A DNA stretch of 64,000 nt from Phoronis australis (GCA_002633005.1 NMRA01000065.1:355481-419480), one strand, 5' to 3'; counted from the first letter of the stretch, positions 49,682 to 64,000 are shown. Numbers and translations are program-made. Notes: a model not told the origin generated them from the sequence alone.

Positions 49682-51497
49682 TAAACTGCTTCATTGTTAT
49701 TTTGTCTTTCTTTGAAGTTATCGATTTTTTGACTCACGGGATGTAGTGTTGAATATAAAGTTTAGAAAAAACGTAACGAGAGTGGCATAGACGAAGTACC
49801 GGTAATATCCCACGAGACATTATTCCGCATATCGACCGAGGTCAATACGAAATCAAGATATGGTTTGTATTTATCCCATACACTTCGAATTCCTAAGTTT
49901 CTTTCATTTTTTCAGCAGATTTTTTAAATGCTTCACCCGGACTGTTCACGTGGCGGATCACATCCTATATGTATTTACTTGCGTGCTAGTTTACAAGTTT
50001 TCTCATTAAGTAAAAGAAACAGTATTAAATGTAACAATTTATTACTTGAAAAGAGATAACAAAGTTGAAAACACTGGTAATTGTGGATTGAACTTGTAAA
50101 TTCCCTGAAAATAGTTAAATAACAATACTTGATATTGTAGTTCCCCGAGGAATTGGCACCTGAGTTGCAGACGATACAATATTTAGCAATCAAAAACTGA
50201 GACAGAAGTGTCATAATTAGCAGTTTTGTACCAGATGTCACGTTTGGAATCTGATTGCATGGTGAGTGTTATTCATACTGCCGCTGCAGCAACTGTATTG
50301 CTTTAATATAAAACTAGTTTGGGAAAGTTTGATGATTGAACCGGCTAACAACGCTGAGTCGACATTGACCTACATCAGAGGGCAAGGTTGAAGTAGTGCG
50401 GGAGGGGAATACGGAAAACAATATCACATGGCCATATTGCGTTCGACTGATTCAACGCGTATGGGATGAAACTTTAAGTTCACACAGGACACCCCTATGC
50501 AGTACACGAGAAGCAAGTAATCTCTCTAACTTTAGCTTGCAAGTATTAAATGTTACTAAACATGTTCCAGTTAGGTTTGACAACAACAAATACTCAGAGT
50601 CAATCTAACCATTTAGCACACAAACTCAGCGTAAACAATAACGTTTACCAAAAACCTGGTATATCACAATACACAATGATGAAAAATTTAAACATGAGGC
50701 TAGAAAATGCAAAAATATACAATAACATACCTTTTGTATTCATACTGTTGAAATTTTAAAGCTGAAAAACAGTACAGATTGTGTACCTGTAGCTAAATCT
50801 AGTGTTTGAACCGGAACCAGCCTATTCCCTAACCAGCTAACAGTAATATTGCTTTTGGCGCATAATCGTTGTCACCTACCTTGCACAAATTAACTGAGTT
50901 CACAGCTATCGTTACTCCTAGTAAAAACCAAAAATCACTTCTAGTCTTAGGTACTTGATGGCAACAGTAAGTTGTTATGCTCAAAAGGTAACCCTCAAAC
51001 AACACAGAATTGCAAAAATATTGAACTGGATTGTGTCACTTTTGGACCACGTTAGTGGAACGTGTAGCAATTTGCTTTCAGAATCTCGTGTTCGCTTATG
51101 TCGAGCATTGGCAGGGAGGAGGTGGTTTTGGACTGAAAACTATTTATTTTGGATATTTTTTTCAGAGCCTCGCTTTCTTACTCTGTGTTAGTGAAATGGC
51201 CAAAAATTAGACAGAATGGATTTCCAGTGGTCACGTGTAGCGCTTTCTAGGTAATGACTCACAACTTTTCATTTTGTGACTTTTCGACAGAATGAAAAAA
51301 TAAAGACAACAGGCCCAATGGAGTGTGCACTTCCAGGCAAAACACAGTGACAACTGTACGTGTCTCCTTTAAAATAGGAACTCCAACAAGAGAAAATATG
51401 GACAATCAATGCATGATCAAGAAAAATCACTAAATGCTCAATTTAATTAGCACCACAAAGGTTTTCTCTACGATTTTCCAAGGTCCACCTTTAGTCT

Positions 51498-54400
51498 TCA
51501 GAAAGTCAGCGACTTGTACACCGTGGAATAGTTTTCAAAGAAGGCCTGAAAAAAGATATTTAACAACTTGTTTAAGAGTGACCATTCCATTGTTCCAATA
51601 AACTAACAGCCAAAGTTTTGCAACAGTGAAACAACATGTAGTAAAGCTTATCGACCAGTCCTTGGTTCTTCTGTACCACTCTGTGCCCATCAAATTTCAA
51701 CCAAAAACTTGGAGTTATGAACTGCTTAATACAAACACAATTGAAGACAGAATGATAACCTTTGAAAGAAGATTTGAACGACAGTGGTAACATGGTCTAA
51801 TGCATGGTGTAGAAGATATCATGTTTATTCAGGGGAGAACTTATTCAGTTAAACAACTGCTCTCCCATAGAGTCCTGATAAGCAATAAAATGTTAACGAG
51901 ATGGTAAAAGGAAAAGTGCAATTTAAACATAAAATTTGACACAAATAAGTAAACGACAAGTATACAATATAAAGATATTATAATTATAAAATATTAACCA
52001 GGTGCATGGACTTGAAAACACTGCATTAGGTAAACACATATGGTAATATTTACACACATTCAATTTGAGCCAGTCCAAAGTGGAGTGCATAGAGAGTCTT
52101 AATAATATGTAATTGACTACAAAATAGTTTGTGCAGCCTAATTTTGCAATTTTTTAAACTGGATCTGAGACAATTGTTACAAGATGTTCTAAGGACATTC
52201 CAATATTCTAAACACAGCAAAACTAAGGCCATGTACAATAGATTCAGAGAGTCTAAATGAAAAGTTTTTGATGGAACACGTATTTAAAGTCACCTTTACG
52301 AATTTTCAAACAGGTTGTCAAAATCTCAGTCAAGTAGGAGATCCATTAAAATTGAGAAAATTTGATTTCTAAATTTTCACAACAATTGTGCACAAGGCTT
52401 TTGAAACTGCTGCAGCAACAACTGCACCATTTTGTTGCCAAATAAGTTTGTCTATTCAGTAATGTACTGTAACGATACCTTGTAGAGCTCCAGGGCATGG
52501 TATATTCCTGTCGTGCAACACATCTCCCTGATGGAGTGCATACTCAACTGAGGGGCTCCAACATCTACAGTCGGCATCCCCAGTTTGGCTGACATGATTG
52601 GCCCGATAGTGCTGCCACACGTAGAGTCATTTCTCACAACAATGTCCTGTAGCAGAGCAAAGCAGTTTAAAAACATATAGAAAACAGCTGCTCTAGACAC
52701 TAACACACACCATCGTCAAAAAATCACAGCATATTATTCTATGGCAAACACACAGTCACAGAGTATGTGAGCAGTTGGATTTTGATTACACTTATGGGTA
52801 CTATACATATTATTATTTATTTACCTTGCGGGGTCTCTACTTTAGTTGAGATGGAAGTATGCTATTGGAATACTTGAAATCTGGTGTTTTAGACGTAAAT
52901 TAAGGTGTAAATTATGTGCGCGACTCAAAAAAGATTTTATCTTAAATCTGACAAAACATTAAATTTTGAAAACGAAATATTTTTACATCAAAAACGAGTG
53001 CGCCCCTATGACAATCTTTATACCGACCTACCTGCCTAAGAAAAGTGAGGTCAGGGGAAACAAAAAAATACTTCAAAGATGTTCTTATCGTTGCTTGTTT
53101 TCTCCACCAGAACTTATCCTAGCCATAAAAAGTTGGCTCAACAGAAGTGTTTTGAGTAAAGGTTACGTTTGGTAAAAAGGTACACCAATATGGAATTGCT
53201 AGGCCAAAAGTGCACCTTGGAGAATTTAGTGCCAAAATGCTTAAATTCTTGAACTGAAAGACATTAATAGCAAAATTCAATTGAATTATGATTACTGCAT
53301 TGCTGTAAAAAGCCAAAAATTTTACTTAATGTCAAATGTTGCTTGGTGACAGATGGCACAGACAACACAAAACACGCAACAAATCAAAACCTGTACATAT
53401 TTTTGTTTGAACCAATTAACAGCCTAAGTTTCCCTTTTCAATCGTATCACATTCTACATTAACTAAATTTTGCCATTGTGGCGGCACATCTCCACACAGT
53501 AAAACTCACATAAGTCAGATCCAACTGGACAAGAAATTTTCTCTGATTAAAGGAAATCCACCTTATCTGAAGGGTCAAGTGCACTAACTAGGATAACCGG
53601 ACCACGAAACTTTATAAATCAAGATAAGCAGCAATGTGGCTTATGCAACTTTACTGTAACTCCAGGTATTTAGTCACAGTAGTTACCTGTAGGGGCACCT
53701 CTCCTATTCTGGCCACCTCCCTCAGAATGGATGTGGTGATGGCAGTGGTGGCATACCTCTGGTTGCAATTGAACTTGATCACAATACCCTGGAGTATAAA
53801 ATGCACCATAACAGGGTGATATGCAAAACTTAAAGGAAAAGCCAAGCTAGTTCTTAATGAAGACGCTCATTAGTCATGTGCCAATTGAAAGCATTTGATT
53901 GAGAATATTCAACTCTAACATGAACAATTGGTCTCGGCACATTCCTTACTCATATTAGAAGTGATTTTAAAGTAAGGTAACAACAGACACTTTGTTATTG
54001 CTTGAGACCAGGCTTAATAATCTGAATGAACACCAGATGGAGCTGTATGTTGCTTCAATGACACTGTTTGCTTTAATAATTTTCAATCATATTCAAAACC
54101 ACACCCAAGCATTTGAATAAAAACTTAACAAATTAATACAAATAAAATAAATTCAATATTTGATTTGACAATTGCATCATTAGTGCAGACTTGCTATATA
54201 TAAGTAGTAAAAGACTCTTTTTATTCCAACTGCCTACCTTGTGGAATTCGGCTCTGTGCAAATCTTCATGCTTCTCTGCATAGTTGGGGTGATTCGCATG
54301 TGCTTGGTCCGCGCTCACCATACATGACTTAGGGATGGACTCCTCAAAGGCGTTGATGGGCCCAGCACTGATTCGCCTCAGCACGAGCTCCTGGAATGTT

Positions 54401-57400
54401 GAGCCCGCCCCCTGGGCACTTTGGGAACCCACCTCCTCATTGTCAAATAGGCTAACCATTCGTACATTAGACTCATTCTCAATATTCCCCGAGTTAAGCA
54501 ATGCCTAGAAAATGAGAATTAACAAGGTTCAGGGCAAATTACATTTTAGTTTAGAAATGTGCGCCTCATGTTGTCAAATGAAGAATTACTGATGCACATT
54601 ACAATGAATTTTTAAATTACAGTGACTGTAAAACTGAATTACAAAATGCTATTGTTTTGCACAAACTAAATTACAAGCCAGTAATTCTGCTGTCAGGTGG
54701 TATGGGAATTCTTGACACTTGCGACTTACTTGAAGAGAGCAGTAAGCATTCACCAGGTTGTCGAGACGTGGAGCAAATATGAACTCATTCAGAACTCCCC
54801 CAATAACCTGCGAAGACACAACATGTGCGCCATGCTTTATTTGGACCATAGGACAGGAATTGTTACTGTAGCAAGTAAAGGTGGAAAGATAATCATGGTA
54901 ATAATAAATTTAGAATCTTGATGTAGCAAAACTGAAAATTAAAGTAATAAATTAAACAAAACAACAATAACAAAAAGCAGTAAAAATATATTACAGATAT
55001 GTGGAACATAACATGAAATAATACATGGTTTGAATGTGATGTTTTCATCAATTATGAATTGAATAGACATTCAGAATGTTCCAAGAGCAACAGTATCAGA
55101 CTGCTATTCGAAGAGAGCCCTCAGCATGTGTGCACCTACTCTGGTTGTGTGTCCATGGATACGTGAAACATAACGTGAAATATATGATTTGAATGTGACG
55201 TTTTCATTAATTACGAATTGAATACAAATTAAACAGAAGAATATTCCAACAGCTATACATCACATTGCTATATAAGGAGAGTCCTGTGCATTTGTACAAT
55301 TACCCCTGGTTGTGTGTCTGCCAAACACAGTTCAAAATCCAAGATGGCCTCCGGTGTGACCTTCAGCTCACTGCAGAGTAGTTCTATCAGCAGAGGGTGG
55401 TGTTTGTCGGCTTGTTGATTGAACTCATTAGTCTCAGGAGAGGCGCTGGACCTCTGAAGACTCTCCTGGATTTGGGTAGCTAGCACAGGAACTCTAAAGT
55501 GCAAATAAAACAAACAACAATCTTATAAGTAACATTCATTATACTGTGTTTTGCCCTATGTCTGAGCTCCACAAATCATAAGCTGGTATATGGTAAAATC
55601 TTGCCAATTGTAGACAAAAATAATTGACAAAATTGTTCTTTTATCATTTTGCAATGTCTTCTTACGTTCTAGTAAGTGCCTAGAAGTTTTCAAAATTTCA
55701 TGAGGTGGTAGATATCGTAGAAAGCTTTAACATTGCAAAGCATTTAACTCTTTGTTATACATATGATAAGAAAAAAATGAGAAAAACAAAATTTCATCTG
55801 TCGGCCATAATGTGTCCTAAAGTGGCGAAATGTTACCGAGCCTTTACTAAGATGGCTGTTACCGATGGAAATCAGGTGGAGATAATTGTGCATACATAAA
55901 CACCGATGAGCTAATCCATAAATCAAATTTAATCAGTAAAACAATCAAGAGGACACAGCATCTGAGTTTACTGTATTGCCAATCACGCTATTAGCAAACT
56001 GGGGTGCGTAACAAGCAATAGAGTTTGTTAACATATCACCAATAACTTACACAACACACTCCAAAAAGTGGAGTTCAGCTGACAGTGATTAAAGGCCTCA
56101 GTCTGATCATAAGCGGTGATGCAAGAAAAATGTTTTTCCACCAAATGTTTTGCTTTTATTCGTGATACAACTGGGCTTTGAAGATTTTAAACTTCAAAAT
56201 TTATTTATTTGATTATTTCTCTTTATAAATTACCTAACAAACACATATTTCATCAACAGACGTTGAGTTTTGAATTCAAAACCTACACATTAAAAATCTA
56301 AAGTTATGTAATACTCTTACAAATGTGTCTCTTTGTTGGGTGAGAACTTGTCGTTGACATCTCGTTGTAAGTGTATCGCTAGGTGAGGTATACGTAAGAT
56401 TGGTCGTTCAATATTTATCAGCCGATGCTCGAGTTTGTTCTGATTCTGAAAATATGAGAAATAGAGTTGTGTAGCTAAAAGTAACATCCAGTTCTTGTAT
56501 TCTTGTTAGACAAATTTGGGCGCTGGACTGAAACAGGGAGGACAGAGCAACAGTGTTTTGACGAGACATTTTTTTCAACTGAAAAGTTACTTCAAGGATA
56601 GGTACCAGTCAATATCAACAACTATCAGAAATGTCGACAATCAGAGAATAATATAGTTACATTCTCTGGATGAAACACTCTTCTTTAGCAGTCAGACTAA
56701 TAAAAACTGTTTCAAATCACTAAGTTTTTAACTCGTTTGTTGTCATGACCAGTAATGGTGTCATATCAAATTCTATAAAGGATACCTTTTCAGTTCTATT
56801 GAGCACTCTTTAGGCAACGCTACCACTGGACGTCCCATTTCACACAATGGCATGTGCTGAATGTTTTGTTGAATCAGTTTTGCGATCCTCACAAAAATCG
56901 TTTGACACTGTCTTCTCTTCCTCCATGGGTAGACTGTAGTCTCAATAGAGCCCATAAGTGTAAGGTAATTTTGGCTTAATTAAATACCTTACTTAATGAA
57001 GATGGCTACTCATTTGACTCATTTGAGAACTTACATAAGTTAAGGAAAAAACTGCAGTATACTATGGCCTATTTTAGCCAAGCCCAAAGCTACTTCGGAC
57101 GGAACCAATATCATAAAAAAACATTTACCTTAACGACAACCCGTCCAGCCACTGTGAGGTCTCTGTCAAACCAGGTCATCCAGATCCCTCCCCCATAACA
57201 CTCTACACCCACTTGGTTGAACCCATGGCGTACACGACGAGACACGGGTTTCACCTACAACCAGAGATTGGCACAGCAGTGTACAGCTGTCATAGAGTTG
57301 TACTGCTATAACACGGTGACACAAACACTACTATTAGAGGATATGGTCTCACAGTTAAAATTTGATCACATGAAGAGAGCAAAATTCAAAATACATGTGT

Positions 57401-59412
57401 TCAAAGCATTGTTTTAGCTCAGTTAGTGAATATCAGACATCCAGTTGATAAATACACAAAAGATCTAAAACCCAAAACTGGACTTACATTTCAACTGAGC
57501 GACGTTGAAATAGAAGTCTAGTATTAGGTTTTAGTTCTTTCTATGTTGTTCAAGCTCACCTTAAATGCACAACAACCCTTAGAATCAGATCAATCCAATT
57601 AGATATTAGACTTTAAATTTATTAAAAATAACTTTTAAGCTATTGATTGTGCTGATGCCAGTCCAGATACAGGAAGGGCGTACACTTTCCAGTTCTGTGG
57701 CCACCTTAGGTGCATGATTTTCACAACCAATTAGAGCTCAAACAGTTACACTCTGATTTTACAGAGCTTATCACACCTAAAATTGCTATCAATACCAGTG
57801 TCTGCTCACCCTCAGACATGGGCTGTCTGTATGTGCCCCCACAATGCTGTAGCCATTGCCTGGCTTGTATTGGCCTCCCACAGTGAAAGCAATCAGAGTT
57901 GACTGATTTCTCGTGACGAAATACTGAAATTAGACAAGGTATTTCTAAATTCTGTAACTATACTGAACATAATTGGATTTCCGGAGTTTGAAGAGTTAGA
58001 ATCAGGTGTTCATGTAAAATGTTTGCAGGCTTATAATAAAAGTTGGAATAAACAGATAATTATCAAATTTCTAAAAAACAACTACACTGTCTGAAAACTT
58101 TCATCAGAACAACACAATTTAACGAGAAAAAAACTCTATAGATGACCATAAACAACTCTTAACCTCTCAGCAATTTGTCAACGAACAAATTATTTTTCAC
58201 AAAGTTTTGCCAATACTATTCTTAAATTGAGCTGATTGATAATAGGGCAATGTTACAGTATAGCCACATGTCTCCATAATTATGAAAAGAACAATAATTA
58301 CAAAAAATCATTCCCGGTTATAATAATGTTTTTGCACCTTTGTGACACAACTGGTCAAGTCTTTGTCAAATCTTGAGTGAACTTTTATAAGTTTTCAATC
58401 ATGGGCTCGTGTGATCATCTGCTTTGCTTTTAATGCCTAGAAATATCTTGCGAACACTTGTGTGATCTTGCATTTGTGGAGTGCAGATGATGGAAGAATA
58501 TATCAAAACAAACCATGCATTAGTTTAAAACAATTTTATCCACCAATGACGATTAAGTCATAAAAGACAAACTTTGCTAAGAGGCTTGATGTCCCATGTG
58601 TCACTTTCTCTGAGCTCAGTAAATCCACTGGCTAGGAGGCGCTGTCTGCATTCATCAACAGCTGGAAATAGAGGCAGTAAAGATTACACTTACTACATGC
58701 TAAAAATAAAGGTCTTCCAGTTTTAAACAAACCAGCAACAATACACTTTGACTATAGAAAAAATCAAAAGAATATAACATACGGTACTCGTGGGAGTTAA
58801 AGCCCATGTCCCTTAAATTGGGAACTTCACAAATCAGGGGGTGGACAGTATGCAAAGCAAATGGCCTTTTTGTACACATATATAACATTAGTTTAAGAAT
58901 ACACACCAGCCAAAACAAGAACCAATTCATGTCTGCTTCAGTAAAAAGTGGCAAGGTGTTGCTGAAACTGTTCGTCACCACAGCAAAGCTACTTGCGTAC
59001 AAATAGGATGCTTCTAGTAACATTCTCGTGAAACGAGTGTTCACAGAGACACTGAATCGGTCAGTCTCGACAGTACAGATTAGGGGTGGGCGTTAAGTTG
59101 AGCATGGGTGTTTAAGAATGCAAAAATGTGAAATTTCAGGGGTGAGCGTTGAGCCACCTATGGACGTTGGTGCATACGACCCTCCTACTTTGACTATACT
59201 GACAAGAATAATAACTGAAAATACAATGACTCACTCTTGTTTTCTTCTCGAGATTAAAACTCTATTAGCACAACACAGAAATTAAACACACAACAGAGTT
59301 TTAGTAAACTAGCAAGTCATTCCATGAACAATTGCCTACCATGCCATGGAGACGGAGACTTGTTCACAAACTGCAAGAAACCCTTGGCTGCGTTGACAAC
59401 TGCCTCTGCACT
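51498..59412 (-). CDS. DNPEP: Aspartyl aminopeptidase (M18 family); 11 exons seen, start exon further upstream
   Basis: Exons 59340-59412, 58573-58661, 57810-57923, 57129-57254, 56321-56445, 55304-55493, 54730-54807, 54238-54504, 53687-53788, 52479-52646, 51498-51545. Motifs [79 protein letters not shown]; the metal-binding and catalytic residues are intact. Confidence 0.95.
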
Positions 59413-59699
59413 CTGAAGAAAATAACAGACAGCGTACAATCGTATATAACAAACCAGACCTGCTGCACAAAAGTCAAGAATTCACATTCTCATCTAAATA
59501 CGACAGAAAAACTAAATTACATAAGACTGTGCAGTAACTATTTAGAATAAATTGATCGGAAGGCAGTTTCTGCTAGGGTGCATTGGATTTGAGAGATTTT
59601 GATTGTGATCGGGAACTGGTGCAATGACTGCATGTGTTTTTGTAGGTATCAGATACTGGTCACACGTATCTTGACTTTTACCAGCTCAGTAAACTTTAA

Positions 59700-60020
59700 C
59701 CTGCCTCCAGGTGGCACAAAATAACCCGAATCCATCCAAAAACAGAAAGGTAATAGATACCTATTAGCTTAATTTTATGAAAATCCGTTAAGGACCTCCG
59801 AAGTCACAGAGGTAAACGTAAAAAACTAAAATTGCCACTAGGGGACACACCAGTAGTCCGACGCATCCGAAAATTTGCACCCATCTATGAAAGGAACATG
59901 CCTGCAAAATTTCATGAACATACATCGAAGGGTTTTGGAGATGAAGTAGCAGACACCAGACGGAATGATGCACAGGGTTGACATCATAACGCGCCCATAT
60001 TTATCTGTGGGCATATAGAA
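59700..60020 (+). mobile_element. Partial (3') copy of the HINE-like family
   Basis: ACAGAGGTAAACGTAAAAA...TGCCACTAGGGG matches 2548-2585; AAATTTCATGAA; terminal hairpin GCCCATA...TGTGGGC at about 59993-60012. Confidence 0.6.
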
Positions 60021-61380
60021 ATGCTTCTACTTCTTACAAAAACTACCGAAATCTTCATTTCTTATGAATATTCCTTCATTCCGTTAAGGAATTTGAAGAC
60101 TGAGCTTCATTACATTTAATGTGCTCAAAGTCAAACAGAAATGTCCAGAAGGTTATGGGAGGTCACCCGTCTGCAAGCCACGGGGGACCTGTCTAGACCT
60201 GAGAGACACATCATGAGCACTGGGCTACTAGTATTTACTAACGCTAAATCTAGTCTACCAATTTAAACTGTATGATTAAAAGTACAGATCCAGCAAATGT
60301 AACTTGAAGGTTATCAGTGTTCACTTGAATGATTTGAACTGTGCATATTCTTAGGCCTTGCTGCAGCATATATATACATGGTAGGAAAGATAGCATGCCC
60401 AACAGTTCCCTTGAATTGCAGGTAAATTCTAGATAGGTTATAGAAAGGAGGTAAATCCACAGTTGGCAAGTAGCCAGGTTGCTAATCATAGTCTGACTAA
60501 TATATCTAGCTTCCTGCACTTGATTAAGCTTGTCTACCAATGCGGGTCCCAGATAGTACATACAGGATTGGTCTAATGAGGGTCTTACATCATATCAGTT
60601 AACTTGTTGGCGACAGTTACTAGCTGATGATCGACGTTTGAGTTTATACTCTATAAACCATTCTCTCCCCTCACAACGGTTTTTGACCGTCATGTATCTG
60701 TACAGTCTGTTCTCTACGTGTGTCACCTGATTGGAATTTTGTGAACATTTGTCTTGAGAATGGTTTATAGAGAATAAACAGAAATGTCGATCAATATGTC
60801 GTTGTTTATGTATGCGCTGATTTTAAAGTTCTCATATACTCATATTTGGCCAAAAACAAAATTACTCAATGATGTGTTTGAGAAGACTGATAGTTCTGAA
60901 AGCTTTGTTCCAGGTCTCGATAACATGCCTTGGCCAGTGAAGGCTTTGAATACTGACGTACTTAATGTGCCAGTAAACCTACCTTCCAAATCAAAAACAA
61001 CAAGTTTTGATTTAGATGATTTAACATTACGAAATTGGTCTCAAAATGTCCCCATGTAAAATTGGAGGTGATTTTGAGGCCTTGAAGGAGTTGACAGTTA
61101 TTGAGATTGCTTAAGGATATCTCCAACCTTATTCACAAAAATTGGCCATTTTCACAATATTTCACGTGTCTCGCAAAATACCTTTAATTTATCCTTATTT
61201 TCGGGGAAACTTCAAATACAAAATATATACCACGTAGTGAGAAAAAAGATTTAGCAGAACCTCCTTGGAACCGCACAACCGCGTGGATATTTGTTTACTA
61301 CTTATCCAAGGTCAAACTTAGGTTAAAGGGCTTTCAATCAAATCGAATCTCCCGCCAGGTACAGAACAGCTTCGTATAAC

Positions 61381-61395
61381 CCTCAGTCCTTTCAT
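61381..61395 (-). CDS. DNPEP: Candidate first coding micro-exon of DNPEP (MKGLR)
   Basis: ATG AAA GGA CTG AGG|gttata gives the phase-0 join needed by exon 59412 ([22 protein letters not shown]). The donor is weak, and other solutions are possible. Confidence 0.35.
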
Positions 61396-63004
61396 TCACT
61401 AAGTCGCCATAACATTGAGCCAACGACGTGTACTGATGATAGAACAGTGCCGGGGAAAACAAAGACAAAACATAGTTTTGATCCTAAGGGAGTTGTGCGT
61501 CATTGTTATCCATTTCTTACTTGGTTTCATATCAGTCCCCAACACGTGACGTGTACAGGCTATGAGTATAACAATAAACTGTGACCTACTTAGAAAGTAG
61601 GTCGTAAACAACAGTAACACTTGGCTGGGAACGTATACGTCTATTTGAAGTTTTAATGATAATTAAGTTAATTACGCACTGCAAAATCAGTTGACATTGC
61701 GAAAGAACATTGAAGTAGCTAAACATAGTTAAGGCTTGTATAGGTTATGAGTGCAGAAAACAACTTCTCACCGAATAATTAACCGAAGACCCTTGAGATT
61801 TTCACTCGTCCCAGTTTAATCAGCTTTTTCTCGGCTTCGTCAAATCGACTTTATTTGAACTTAGGAACACTTACAACGGTAATTATCGAAAACGGCTAGG
61901 TGGATTTCTCTGAAACTTTCCAAACGTAATATTTAGTCATCAATCTCAACAACACTGTTAGGATTTTCGATATAAAGGCCAAGTTTTTGTGTAATGTGAC
62001 AAAGATGAATATGACTTCCAATTTTTTTAAAATACCTTACGTTTTGTGAGTTGATTTCTCATAGAAACCAAATGAACAGACCAATCAAAAATACCTCACA
62101 GTGTTTTTGAAGTAACTGTTGAAGTTTTCATTAAAATTGACCAAGGGGTTATTGTGCTATGAATGTACCTTTCTTAAAAATGAAATTTTGACTTAAAAAG
62201 GTTTTTACGTAAAAATAACTTATAATGGAACATAAATACAAAATTAAAGTATTTTTATATTTCTTGGTCTTTGTTCTTTCAGAAAATATATACTTTTACT
62301 AGTTGACAAAGCTTAGTTTTTTTGATATACGAGTTAGAATGGAGGCCACTGTATAAGGTTTGAGATAACCTTAAGACCAGACTCTTTAAGTGAGTGTGCC
62401 ACTTTATACTACGAGCAATGGTCTCAAGGAGTAATGAATTGTCAGTTCTTGGCAAACCCAAAAATTCATGGCGTGGGGACCTGTATTGTGTGTTAGGACT
62501 GGTCATGAGGAGTACGGCATCGTCATGAGCAAATGGGCAAAAATTCCTGGCAAGGAATACTTTAGGAGATCTTTTAATTGGTTACACATTACTTCGTTAT
62601 GAAACTGTTGGCATGCACTCAGTTGAAGAGTACTCGTTGAATGTGACCTTACTTACATTAATATGGTCCCTTTATTGACTATGCTCAAGAGATTTCACTG
62701 ATTGTTTACACGACGATAAACTTTGAGTGTCAACTTTTTACATTTTGTTCTTGTTTGGCTAAATTTTTGTGTTCAAGTACCAACATGTAACCATATACAA
62801 CGCACAAGAAAAGTATATTTGATTTTTAATTTGCAGTTTAAGTTCTATAGCAGTTTATGACACCTACTCTAAAATTATATGTATGGACTTGTCATACTCG
62901 AGTTTTGCGTGACTGTCCGAAATCGTCACGAGCAACTGTATAGTTTCGCATTGAGTCGGTGGTGTTATCAACTTATTGTTATCGTCTAAGTAACTCATTC
63001 CTAT

Positions 63005-63175
63005 CATTGTCGTCCATTGTCAACTTCATATAGATACATTCGCTAAATTTAATAAAGATCCAGTAGAATGTTTAGTAGATGCAGCCATGGGCGCAAAAAC
63101 AAATAAAACTGCCACTAGGAGGTGCCACAGGGTTATTGTTTAAAATCCGAATCTATTAACGTACATACTTGATAT
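63005..63175 (+). mobile_element. Fragment of the HINE-like family
   Basis: GTCGTCCATTGTCAACTTCATATAGATAC...GCAGCCATGGGCGCAAAAA...TGCCACTAGGAGGTGCCACAG is collinear with 2200-2320. Confidence 0.65.
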
Positions 63176-63806
63176 CAATATTTTCTGAATCCTCTCGTCA
63201 TGGTGATCATGGTGATTCCAAAAATGTATTACTTGTACTGATTAGGCTCTTCTTATTCAAGCATTCAATGTTTTTACGAGGTGTTCGCCATTATAAAACT
63301 GCGACACCTCTCGGCAGGAATGATAACTACAACGATAATGCGTGTGTCAAAAAAGACCCAAAATTGGCTAGTATATTGAAGATACTGCGTGGCATGTTAG
63401 GGAAACTCTGAGTAAAAAACAGTAATAGTCATTTATAAAGGATTGCCTCTTCAAAACTTCTTCTTAAGAAAAACACGAGAGTGTGTGTTCTCGCGGGCAA
63501 ATATCGTCCTCAAAAACACTTGACATCTCACGGACATAATTTCGGCTCGTGTTATGACAGACATGTATTGTTTTAGAGACAAAAAACTGTTTCAAACAAG
63601 TGGAATTAGGTAATAAGATAACTAATATTACTGGCAGGCTAAAATACGCGAACTGAAACAAATTCTGCGTCAAACTAACTTCACTCTAGGTTAACCGTTA
63701 GTTATCAATCCTGCCGAGAGGTTTGGCACTTTTAAAAATGGCTGCCTTAATAAATCCGCGCTGCAAATGAATGCCTTGGAAATAAGAAGCTACCAATCAG
63801 TACATG

Positions 63807-64000
63807 TACCGTAATCGTTCGGGTTAACGCCCATACTCAGTTAACCGCCCATCCCCGACTTCAAGTGGATTTACGATTTAACCGCCCATACTCAGTTAAC
63901 CGCCCATCCCCGACTTCAAGTGGATTTACGATTTAACCGCCCACTGCTCAGTTAAGCGCCCCCATGCGATTTTTGAAGATTTCCAGTTAAGCGCCCACCT
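63807..64000. repeat. End of a MITE-like element with TTAACCGCCCA sub-repeats and a roughly 55-bp tandem duplication; runs off the window
   Basis: TACCGTA start, followed by repeated TTAA(C/G)CGCCCA. Confidence 0.6.

Noticed and set aside
50259-50267. ATG|gtgagt resembling an ATG-only first exon; also a minus-strand donor near 48907
   Set aside because: No compatible downstream coding exons found.

Overview
Intron-rich animal genomic DNA, most likely from an invertebrate, and AT-rich. Five spliced genes could be built by hand with consistent GT-AG boundaries and phases. (1) An unrecognised 102-aa acidic protein with a polybasic amphipathic C-terminus (minus strand, 653-3300). (2) MFSD6 (plus, 15679-27086). 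(3) A CWC25-like splicing factor (minus, 31074-38851) that appears to lack the conserved MGGGDLNLKKSWHP N-terminus. (4) DAP1 (plus, 39050-44258), head-to-head with CWC25 across only 198 bp. (5) Aspartyl aminopeptidase DNPEP (minus, 51498-59412, first exon uncertain). Non-coding DNA holds several MITEs (Merlin-like, TTAA/Kolobok-like and others), a truncated CR1/L2-type LINE end, a SINE-like piece and satellites. The most unusual signal is a Helentron/HINE-like repeat with four copies, whose internal units carry arrays of co-oriented CTCF-like motifs. All assignments come from reading the sequence and recalled family motifs; no searches were run.
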